This document shows positions 27,361 to 35,418 of a DNA stretch of 58,941 nucleotides, in pieces (the stretch's first letter is position 1; every line of letters begins with the position of its first letter). Origin of the DNA: a virus (Duplodnaviria > Caudoviricetes); the IMG/VR virus record IMGVR_UViG_3300010354_000100, positions 1 to 58,941 of that record, one strand, 5' to 3'. The notes under the pieces were generated by a model. That model ran no database searches and was not told where the DNA came from. It saw only the letters and a list, made by a program, of their open reading frames with translations. Made by a program: the position numbers and the translations under genes.

Positions 27361-27579
27361 ATGAAAACCATCAACGAGCAAGCACAAGAAATGCGAGAGT
27401 TACTGAGCCACTTGGTCTCCCGGATAGACGAAGCGGTGAACCAAGCCAACGAGGAAAGCGACAAGGAGTACGCAGACAATCAACTCGCAGATGAGTTGAG
27501 CAGCGTGGCCTTCCGGTGCGACCACCTCGCCTACGACTACAAGTACGGCCAAGACATCCTCCGAGCCTCCGAGCGGTAA
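27361..27579 (+). CDS. hypothetical helical protein
   Basis: own promoter plus AAGGAG RBS. Confidence 0.7.
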   Translation: MKTINEQAQEMRELLSHLVSRIDEAVNQANEESDKEYADNQLADELSSVAFRCDHLAYDYKYGQDILRASER

Positions 27580-27899
27580 AGACTTCGGCGGTCGCACAAA
27601 AAGTCAAGTGCGACCGCCGGAAGTTTCTTCCGGAAAGCCCCAGGACGGTAAGGTCTGCGGGCGAGGTATGCGGGCGATACAGCGGGCAAGCGACACCGGC
27701 TGCGAAGGGCAGTGGCAGAGGAGAAGGAAGGGCGACCACGGAGAGTGATTGCCGGCCACGGAGAGTGAGCAATTTATCTCGCGTTTTTGGAAAAAAACCG
27801 AGGATGGCGGGCAAGGCCAAGGGCAAGGGCGGTAACGCGACCGGGGCGGCGGGCCGCCCGGGTGCCGACGCCCGGGAGCCAAGGAAACGCTACGCGCAG

Positions 27900-27931
27900 A
27901 ATAAATCCGAATATCTTGGAACACCATATTT
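27900..27931 (+). repeat. bipartite repeat copy 11
   Basis: AATAAATCCG-N8-GGAACACCATATTT. Confidence 0.95.
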
Positions 27932-27999
27932 TGGGCCGGGGAGGAAGGGGCTCGCGCGCGTGTTAGGCGAGCCTGACACGGTTTGACCACTCTCCGCGG

Positions 28000-28008
28000 T
28001 TATCCACA
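28000..28008 (+). promoter_or_regulatory. DnaA box
   Basis: TTATCCACA. Confidence 0.6.
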
Positions 28009-28221
28009 GGCTCGGCGATTGTGTGACAATCCGACGAAACTACCTTGTGCGCTCGTGAATGGTGACGCGCTCGCCGTCCCTCTCTCGCGCCCTCCCTCCC
28101 TCCCTCGCCGTGTGTCAAATGTCATACAACTGTAACGCGCACAATGCGACGGAATGTCTAACAGTGTGCCTATACTGTCTGTATGGCAACAACGCCACAA
28201 CACAACAAGGAGAGCAACACA

Positions 28222-28494
28222 ATGAGCACATACACAGAACACACGCCGTCCAGCGTGTGGCCTCAACCCGTCAATGTCACGGCGTACTTGCGCGACAACG
28301 CGCGACACGGCGCGACACTCGTCACGCGTAACGGCGTGAGCGTCGTTGAGACAGGACACAAGGTGAACCGCTACAACGCGCAACCGCCGAAGCGTCTCGC
28401 CTACCGCGCCACCAATCGCGGCGTTATCGGAAGCACCGCAACGCTCGGACACTCTCAGAGTGACCTGCTTCGCGGAGACATCTCCGAAGCGTGA
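28222..28494 (+). CDS. LRDNAR-family paralog 3
   Basis: AAGGAG RBS; TAYLRDNARHGA..TRNGV. Confidence 0.75.
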   Translation: MSTYTEHTPSSVWPQPVNVTAYLRDNARHGATLVTRNGVSVVETGHKVNRYNAQPPKRLAYRATNRGVIGSTATLGHSQSDLLRGDISEA

Positions 28495-28610
28495 GACACG
28501 GCACGGCGCGCGCCCTCCGCGCGCCGTGCCACTCTCAGAGTGTGCGACACGCGCGCACATTCTGAGAGTGGCACTAACGCCACTCTCAACACAACAAGGA
28601 GAAACACACA

Positions 28611-29045
28611 ATGAACACATACACGCCACGACACACGGCGCGCCCGTCGCGCTCGCGTGTCATTCGCGCCCGCGTTAGCGGGTTCGTAGACAGACACGAT
28701 GACGCGCTCACGCTCGCCGTCGTTGCGACAATCGTCGTGCTAGTCAGCGCGCTTACGGCGGTCGCACTCGCGCAAGATTACTCAGTGAGCACACGCGACG
28801 CGCTCGCGGTTGCGGTTCTCACGGTTGCGCTAGGCACACTGTCTGGCGCATTCTCGTACCTCGTCGGCAGTGAGCGCGCATCGCGTCGCGTATCGCGTCG
28901 CTACTCGCGCTATCTCAACGAGCAGAGCGACAAGTACCGCGACGAGTTAGAGCGCGTCACGCGTGAGCGCGACGACGCACGACGCGAGAACTCGCGCACC
29001 GCGTACGCGCTACTCTCCGCGCTAGAACAGAGCGACACGCACTAA
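28611..29045 (+). CDS. two-TM membrane protein with C-terminal coiled coil
   Basis: AAGGAG RBS; two hydrophobic segments. Confidence 0.65.
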   Translation: MNTYTPRHTARPSRSRVIRARVSGFVDRHDDALTLAVVATIVVLVSALTAVALAQDYSVSTRDALAVAVLTVALGTLSGAFSYLVGSERASRRVSRRYSRYLNEQSDKYRDELERVTRERDDARRENSRTAYALLSALEQSDTH

Positions 29046-29115
29046 GTACCGCGCAAGGTATACGCGCACGGCGCGCACACTCTCGCGAGTGTGCGCGCCG
29101 TTGTCGTGTGTACGG

Positions 29116-29151
<36 letters not shown>

Positions 29152-29376
29152 GCGACGCGCTCACGCTTAGGCGGTCGCACACGCTCGCGCTCGCGCTCGC
29201 CGTCGCACACTTACGAGCCAGAGCCACACGGCGCGACACACGCCACGCGCCACACGCGTTGAGAGCCTCTCAGAGCGTCGCAACGCGCCTACCCTTACCC
29301 GACATAGCCTCCCCTATTCTGAGCGCGTCCTAGCGCGTCCTATTGCGTCCCCGCACAAGCGCACAAGCGGGGACAG

Positions 29377-29397
29377 TTATCCACAGGCTGTGGAAAT
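29377..29397. promoter_or_regulatory. inverted DnaA box pair (second box degenerate)
   Basis: TTATCCACA-ggc-TGTGGAAAT. Confidence 0.65.
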
Positions 29398-29568
29398 CCG
29401 ACGAAATAGGAGAAATAGGAGAAATACCCCCCCCCTCTCGACCACGCTGCGCGTTCGCCCCCGCGCCGGGGCAAGCCAAACTCCAGTGTGGAACCTACTT
29501 GACCTGTATAGACGTACTAGACCAACTGTTATGCAGATAGGATTCCCGAAAGGGTTGATGAAGAATCG

Positions 29569-30384
29569 ATGAGCCAATATCCGTTGCGCGTGCTGTCTTT
29601 AGGCGCAGGCGTGCAGTCAACGACACTGCTGCTCATGATGCTGCACGACGAGATACCCAGAGCCGACCACGCTGTTTTTGCTGATACTGGATGGGAATCC
29701 CAAAAGACCTACCGGCACCTTGAATATCTGGAAGGACTGATGGAGAAGGCAAAAATGCCGTTCCATAGGGTCACCAACGGCAATATCCGTGAAGACTTTT
29801 TACGTGACGACAAACGATATGTGTCAATGCCTTTGTATGTGATTGGGGAAGATGGTAAGCGTGGAATGGTGCGTCGCCAATGTACCCGTGAGTACAAACT
29901 GGACCCGCTTCGCGTAAAGCAAAGGGAACTGGCTGGCTTGAAGTATCGCCAGCGCTGCAAAGAGCATCGAATCACGACGGTCATCGGCATCTCTTGGGAT
30001 GAGGTTCAGCGCGTAAGAGACCCGCAGTTTCCATGGATGCAGCATGAGTATCCATTGATTGACAGACGCATGACACGACAGGACTGCCTGGACTGGTGCA
30101 AAGAAAAAGGATACGAACTTCCGCCAAGGTCGGCATGCATCGGATGTCCGTTCAAGAATGAAAGTGAATGGAAGGATTTGAAAGAGTCACCACAAGAATG
30201 GGCCGATGCTGTGGACTTTGACCATTCCATCCGCTCCCTACCGCACGTACGGGAAAGATTCACCTCTGCCCCGTTCCTTCACAGACAAAGAGTTCCTCTA
30301 GAGAACGTTGATTTGCGTATGGACCAAGACAAAGGAATCGAGACATTGTTCAATCAAGAGTGCGAAGGAATGTGCGGGACATAG
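29569..30384 (+). CDS. PAPS-reductase-like / adenine nucleotide alpha-hydrolase family protein
   Basis: LSLGAGVQST, FADTGWE, RQCT..YK..P, GIS.DE..R, SAC.GCPF. Confidence 0.8.
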   Translation: MSQYPLRVLSLGAGVQSTTLLLMMLHDEIPRADHAVFADTGWESQKTYRHLEYLEGLMEKAKMPFHRVTNGNIREDFLRDDKRYVSMPLYVIGEDGKRGMVRRQCTREYKLDPLRVKQRELAGLKYRQRCKEHRITTVIGISWDEVQRVRDPQFPWMQHEYPLIDRRMTRQDCLDWCKEKGYELPPRSACIGCPFKNESEWKDLKESPQEWADAVDFDHSIRSLPHVRERFTSAPFLHRQRVPLENVDLRMDQDKGIETLFNQECEGMCGT

Positions 30385-30653
30385 CCCAAAAAATCCAGTC
30401 CACCGGTATAGGTATTCTACCCTGCGATGTGATATACTGGTGTCAAGCATTGGGGTTGACCTCGGCGTTTCTTTCTGTTGGCGCCAGTTCATCCTCCTTA
30501 ACACCGCTGGCAGACCGGCGTCCGATGTGTAAGTCTGCCTTACAAATTCACGAACACAAAAGGACACGTATGAACCTCCACATACCCGCTGCGTTTATTG
30601 CGATTGCTGCCTTCTGGTTCGCCGTATTGTGGTGGTTGGGTAATTCCGAATAG

Positions 30654-30725
30654 GCCCAGTTAGCACAGTGGTAGTGCATCCGCCTTGTAAGCGGAAGGTC
30701 CTCAGTTCAATCCTGAGACTGGGCT
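30654..30725 (+). tRNA. trnT: tRNA-Thr(UGU)
   Basis: GCCCAGT/ACTGGGC acceptor; TCCGC-CTTGTAA-GCGGA anticodon arm; GTTCAAT T-loop. Confidence 0.9.
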
Positions 30726-30880
30726 CTGTGTGGCGGATTCGTCCACCGTCACGAAATTCGTGATATGAGAGGAAACTGATACGAATTCCCCTCACCCCAG
30801 CGATACAAATAGTTGACACTGGCGGCAACTGTCCGTATCGTAAAAGTGTTAGCGATAGTGGTACATAAGGGAAGAACAAC

Positions 30881-31039
30881 ATGGCCAAAAAGAAGAAGAA
30901 AGAACCGATGGAACCGCTGCGCAGATGGATGGATGACCGGATGAATCGCGGCGACATTTCCTACGTCCACCGAGTGAACGGCATCGAGGTGTACCGGGCT
31001 TTGCGCAATCCGTATCCAGAAGAACAAGACACCGAGTGA
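30881..31039 (+). CDS. small basic protein
   Basis: AAGGGA RBS; MAKKKKKEP... Confidence 0.5.
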   Translation: MAKKKKKEPMEPLRRWMDDRMNRGDISYVHRVNGIEVYRALRNPYPEEQDTE

Positions 31040-31202
31040 TAGCCGACCATCACAACGTCGTTGACACAACGATGTGGGATGTCTTTGGCATCTTTCTTGT
31101 GATTGTGTGTGTGGGTATAGGCATGATGGTGAAAAACCTGCTTGATGACAAGGAAAACGGGTACTGACTTGACTATCCGGCTCGGGCCAATAGTTTCCGG
31201 TC

Positions 31203-31400
31203 ATGAATTCATTTACACAGAAGGAAGTAAAGAGCCTCTTACATAGAGTGGAAGCCGTCGAGGACGATTGCCGTGAATGGCAGGATGTCGCGAGCAAACT
31301 GTACAGAGCCCTGGTGGTGGAAAAGAATCATCGGGGTATCCGCTGGCAGGACGCCGAGATGGTTGCAGAAGCGCTAGAGTCATACGAGAAGATTGCGTAG
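31203..31400 (+). CDS. hypothetical protein
   Basis: W..VA..LY.AL...AL..YE helix shared with the next gene. Confidence 0.6.
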   Translation: MNSFTQKEVKSLLHRVEAVEDDCREWQDVASKLYRALVVEKNHRGIRWQDAEMVAEALESYEKIA

Positions 31401-31408
31401 GTAACACA

Positions 31409-31747
31409 ATGGCACAAAGCAAATGGGAGAAGATTTCCCGCGACCTGTACGAAGCGTTGATGCAGATGCGCCATTCCCGAGGTATCGAAATCAACGACTT
31501 TGACATCGTCCTTGATGCAATGGAGCGGTACGAGGCTGCCACGAATCACCCGAGCGACACGATGATGTGGCGGTCAAACTGGCACAAGTCCGTCAAGCCC
31601 TACTGGGTGGTGACCTGCCGGTTGTGCCGTGTAGGTGAGGTTCGTTTACCTAACGTGGAGATTGCCCGTAAGTGGTGTGTTCAGCACTCGTGCGAGGATG
31701 TCATTCATCACGTGGACGAGAAAGAAGCCGCTGCGCTCGAAGAATGA
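31409..31747 (+). CDS. hypothetical protein with CxxC..H
   Basis: AGG RBS; WEKISRDLYEAL. Confidence 0.6.
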   Translation: MAQSKWEKISRDLYEALMQMRHSRGIEINDFDIVLDAMERYEAATNHPSDTMMWRSNWHKSVKPYWVVTCRLCRVGEVRLPNVEIARKWCVQHSCEDVIHHVDEKEAAALEE

Positions 31748-32006
31748 GACTGCGCTCGCGGGCGCTCTTTCCTCCCCAGATACCGAACCGCTCGTTGGTG
31801 TCTAAGGCGAACTGAAGACAATCCAAGCGGACTTCACAGTCCTTACAGATTGACTTGGCGCGACGGAGTTTGTCCACGTCTCCGGGGGCTGGGTAGAAAG
31901 TATCGACGGGCTCATCAAAGCAGTTTTTTAACTTCATCCACTTGGGCCTATTTATCTGCAGGCCAATGGACGGAAAGTCCAAGTCGAATTCGTTCCAGTG
32001 AGCCAT
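31701..32006 (-). CDS. whiB: WhiB-family transcription factor
   Basis: W....C......FYP....AK.IC..C.VR..CL.FAL...ERFGIWGG.S.RER. Confidence 0.92.
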   Translation of the reverse strand: MAHWNEFDLDFPSIGLQINRPKWMKLKNCFDEPVDTFYPAPGDVDKLRRAKSICKDCEVRLDCLQFALDTNERFGIWGGKSARERSLILRAQRLLSRPRDE

Positions 32007-32170
32007 ACGAGTGTGCGATACTGTAACAGAGTGTGATAACTTGACGGATGACTCTTGCTATTGGGGGCGTGTACTGTGTGGGTCATGAATTTTGCAACGG
32101 AGCAAAAATCAGATACAAAGTCGGCGGGCTGCCAAAAACAAGAAAGGTTCGAATAGACGTGATATACGAG

Positions 32171-32368
32171 ATGATTATGAAAAAAAATCCGGTTTCGGTC
32201 CCCGAGTATTGGGCGACATTGCTCAGCAAGTTGGAGGACGAGTTGAACATGGGGTGGTCCATCGTTTCTCCCACGCCGGAGAAACTGGATGAAAGACAAA
32301 AGGTACTCAAGGAAATCGTCGAACTGGTGCACAAGACGGTGGTGGAGGCTGAAAATGCGCGAAAGTAA
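32171..32368 (+). CDS. hypothetical protein
   Basis: first ORF of the + strand operon leading to the terminase. Confidence 0.5.
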   Translation: MIMKKNPVSVPEYWATLLSKLEDELNMGWSIVSPTPEKLDERQKVLKEIVELVHKTVVEAENARK

Positions 32369-32816
32369 TCCGCAAGAAGAGTTGGAGATGGCTTTCCACG
32401 GTTTCTGGAACGACGACAATCCGGAGTCAACACACGATGAAACCGGTGAGGAGTATTACGCGCGAGTTCCGTTGTACGTGTTGCACGAGGCGATTGAAAG
32501 ACTTGAGCGATACGAGACAATCGTGAACAACCTGACGGATGTGGGTGAGTTCTTGTGGCAGGAGAATCTCAGGAAGTACGGAGGACGCAAGATTCACAAA
32601 GGCGAGACTCCGCTCGGGTCAACTGAGGACCCGGTTTTCCAACGGATGAGTTGTCTCGTCACCGAGGGCAAGGAACTGGAAGAGTTGACCCTTGATGATG
32701 CCTATGTCGAACTGACGTTGTCGCACTGCAGGCTTGACACGGACGACCCGACCGGACTGAACCAGTATTTGGACAAAGAACAAGAATTGTTCAAGCAACT
32801 CGAACAGGGCGAATGA
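32355..32816 (+). CDS. hypothetical protein
   Basis: GGAGG RBS. Confidence 0.65.
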   Translation: MRESNPQEELEMAFHGFWNDDNPESTHDETGEEYYARVPLYVLHEAIERLERYETIVNNLTDVGEFLWQENLRKYGGRKIHKGETPLGSTEDPVFQRMSCLVTEGKELEELTLDDAYVELTLSHCRLDTDDPTGLNQYLDKEQELFKQLEQGE

Positions 32817-32817
32817 C

Positions 32818-33135
32818 ATGGCAGAAAAGGTCCGAGTAATGCCGGTGGCCCACAAGGCCAGACTTCTTTCAGACGCCGACGCGGCACGTTTGCGCCGACG
32901 AAGGGAAGCCCTTGACGCGCTGAGGAAGCAAACCAAAGCAGCCGAGAACCGTCTTCGCTGGGACATCTTCAATACTTGGAGGACTGGGTCGGGAACGATG
33001 GACGCAATTGCGGAAGCGACGAATTACCGACGCGACTGGATTTGGCGGCTCATCAACCGAATCAGGAACAACGACAAGTTCCTGCAGATGGCCATTGACG
33101 AGTACCTGAAGGAGAATCCCGGTGCAACACTCTGA
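32818..33135 (+). CDS. hypothetical protein, possible HTH
   Basis: TMDAIAEATNYRRDWIWRL. Confidence 0.6.
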   Translation: MAEKVRVMPVAHKARLLSDADAARLRRRREALDALRKQTKAAENRLRWDIFNTWRTGSGTMDAIAEATNYRRDWIWRLINRIRNNDKFLQMAIDEYLKENPGATL

Positions 33136-33406
33136 GCAGCAACCAGAACAAGACACCCGTCCGCTCCGCGAGAGACTGACCTTTCCTGACACCCCGACGG
33201 CGGAGTTGTATCCGTACGACGACTGGTTCGACGGCGATGTGTGGAAGTTGAAGATGTTCGAGGATTTTTTCGTTGAGCCGGGCTCGATGCAATCCGCCGT
33301 GTATCAGGCTGCGCGTAAGCGTGGACTAAAAGTCCGCACTCATATCCCCACGACAGAAGATTGTCTCTACATCCAAGTCACCAAGAAGAACACGAAAAAC
33401 CGATGA
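33122..33406 (+). CDS. hypothetical protein
   Basis: YPYDDWFDG.VW.L...DF motif; AAGGAG RBS. Confidence 0.65.
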   Translation: MQHSEQQPEQDTRPLRERLTFPDTPTAELYPYDDWFDGDVWKLKMFEDFFVEPGSMQSAVYQAARKRGLKVRTHIPTTEDCLYIQVTKKNTKNR

Positions 33407-33993
33407 GCGAAGAAACCTCAGCAGCAGATTTCCAAAAGAGCATGGAGATGTCCGAAGGGCGCATGACTCTCGTGGCGCGCAAGGGCTCAACCATCATTGA
33501 ATTGATGAAGGGTGGGCTGACTCCGACTCGTGCGGCTGAAGTTGCTGAGGTATCCAAGAACACGGTCACCAACTGGCTCAAGCGCGGATTGCTCGAACAA
33601 AGAAGGATTGAGGAGGGCGGAGAGCCGAATCCAGAAGAAAAGATTTATATGGACTTCGCCCTGGGTGCACTGAAGGCAGAATCAGAAGCACAGGCGGGAC
33701 TCGTTCTGGCGTGGTTCCGTGAGGCGCGTCAGGGTGACTGGAAGGCCGCGGAGCGATTCCTGGCCAAGAGGTTCCCGCAGGAGTGGGGGGACAACAACAC
33801 TGTCAAACTTGAGGTGAGCGCAATGGGTATCTCATCGGATACATCAAGACCCGTTGTCCAAGAAGACGATGACACCCGCCAACGCGCGGTTCTGGCTGCT
33901 CTCGTGGAGGCCGGAGATTTGCCGAGGGATGTTCTTTCTGCGTGGGACGGCGAGGGAGTTATTGAGGGAGTCGTAGTTGAAGAAGAAGAGTGA
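33403..33993 (+). CDS. terS: probable terminase small subunit
   Basis: N-terminal HTH; DWKAAERFLAKRFP.EWG; directly upstream of TerL. Confidence 0.65.
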   Translation: MSEETSAADFQKSMEMSEGRMTLVARKGSTIIELMKGGLTPTRAAEVAEVSKNTVTNWLKRGLLEQRRIEEGGEPNPEEKIYMDFALGALKAESEAQAGLVLAWFREARQGDWKAAERFLAKRFPQEWGDNNTVKLEVSAMGISSDTSRPVVQEDDDTRQRAVLAALVEAGDLPRDVLSAWDGEGVIEGVVVEEEE

Positions 33994-34083
33994 GACCAGT
34001 TTGGTTCCCGCGGGAAGGAAATGTCCGTGTTCGCCCATGAATACCGACCCGTTCTGCGAGTCGGCTGAAAGCGACGACGACTA

Positions 34084-35418
34084 ATGGACAAAGAGAGCAT
34101 CAGGAAGAAACTTGCCGGACTTACCGGTTACAAGATTCCCTGCGGGTTGGAACTTCCCCACCACATGCACCCCAAACAGGCGGCGTTCTTAACATGGTCA
34201 ACGACCCGCGAAGCCCTGTACGGCGGCGCGGCTGGTGGAGGTAAATCAGATGCCCTACTCATGTCCGCACTCCAATACACCTGCGTGCCTGGATACTCTG
34301 CACTGCTCTTGCGTCAGACATATCCGCAACTTGCGGGTCCGGACGGGTTCATCGACCGATGCAATGCCTGGCTCGCCAACACCGACGCAACGTATGTCGG
34401 GACGAACAAAAGATGGACGTTCCCTTCTGGGGCGACTCTTTCGTTCGACCACTGCGAACGAGACGACGACAGGTACAAGTTCCAGTCGTTCGCCTACCAC
34501 TTCGTAGGTGTTGATGAGTTGACCCAGTACAAAACCGACCGTGTCTACAGGTATGTCGGCTTTTCCCGTGTACGTAAACCGTCAGAAGCAGCCAACCTCC
34601 CGCGCTGCCCGAACTGCGGAATGAGTGCTGCCGATGTTCCGCTGCGAACCAGGGCAGCAACAAACCCCGGAGGTCCGGGCAATAACTGGGTGTACGAGCG
34701 TTTCATCTTGAACAAAGGAGACGACCGGAAGTTCATGCCAGCCCGCATCTCTGACAACCCGTCTCTTGATGCCGACACCTACATCAAGTCGCTGGACGAA
34801 CTTGACGCAATTGAACGCGCCCGACTGCTTGACGGAAACTGGGAGGTCCGTGAAGAGGGAGGAATGTTTAAGCGGGAATGGTTCAACATCACCGGAGTGT
34901 TCCCAGAAGACATGACCAAGGTCCGCTATTGGGACTTGGCCGCCACCGCCGCAAAACACGGCACTGACCCCGACTGGACAGTCGGAGCGCTCGTTGGAAT
35001 GAAGGACGGAAGATATTTCATCTTGGATATACGAAGGATGAGAGGCACGCCATACGAAGTGGAAAGGCTCATCCGCGCAACGGCAGACGAGGACGGAATC
35101 GGTACGCGAATCATCATGGAACAAGAGCCAGGCTCGTCTGGGGTCAACGTCATTGACCACTACTCGCGATTGGTGGTTCCGGGGTTCAACTTCAAGGGAC
35201 AAAAGACCAACACGTCCAAAAAGGACAGGGCCGGAGTCTTTTCTGCCGCTGCAGAATCAGGCAATGTCATGGTGGCCCGAGGACCTTGGAATACTCCGTT
35301 CTTTGACGAGTGCGAAGTCTTCCCCTACGGAGCACACGACGACCAAGTTGACGCAATCTCTGGCGCGATTCTTTCCTTGACTCAGCGCAAGATGAAGCAA
35401 GTCAGAATCATCGTATGA
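34084..35418 (+). CDS. terL: terminase large subunit
   Basis: YGGAAGGGKS Walker A, VDELT Walker B, ATNPGG, WDLA, HDDQVDA nuclease. Confidence 0.95.
   Translation: MDKESIRKKLAGLTGYKIPCGLELPHHMHPKQAAFLTWSTTREALYGGAAGGGKSDALLMSALQYTCVPGYSALLLRQTYPQLAGPDGFIDRCNAWLANTDATYVGTNKRWTFPSGATLSFDHCERDDDRYKFQSFAYHFVGVDELTQYKTDRVYRYVGFSRVRKPSEAANLPRCPNCGMSAADVPLRTRAATNPGGPGNNWVYERFILNKGDDRKFMPARISDNPSLDADTYIKSLDELDAIERARLLDGNWEVREEGGMFKREWFNITGVFPEDMTKVRYWDLAATAAKHGTDPDWTVGALVGMKDGRYFILDIRRMRGTPYEVERLIRATADEDGIGTRIIMEQEPGSSGVNVIDHYSRLVVPGFNFKGQKTNTSKKDRAGVFSAAAESGNVMVARGPWNTPFFDECEVFPYGAHDDQVDAISGAILSLTQRKMKQVRIIV

Noticed and set aside
6493-27931. Recurring peptide MVFxxxRIY in many - strand ORFs
   Set aside because: It is the reverse translation of the bipartite DNA repeat. 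Third codon positions are invariant, flanks are unrelated and there is no consistent RBS, so conservation is at the DNA level.
3569-27931. Bipartite repeat as a CRISPR array or as integron attC sites
   Set aside because: Copies are kilobases apart with an internal variable 8-mer. There is no cas gene or integrase in the window and no attC-like inverted-repeat structure.
27516-27986. 156-aa + strand ORF
   Set aside because: It runs through a GC-rich spacer and bipartite repeat 11 without an RBS, and its composition reflects purine skew.
28563-28590. CIRCE-like element
   Set aside because: GAGTGGC..GCCACTC has the wrong orientation and spacing for TTAGCACTC-N9-GAGTGCTAA and is better explained as a leader hairpin.
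30765-30802. tRNA-like 3' end (CGAATTCCCCTCACCCCA)
   Set aside because: No matching acceptor 5' strand or cloverleaf could be built.
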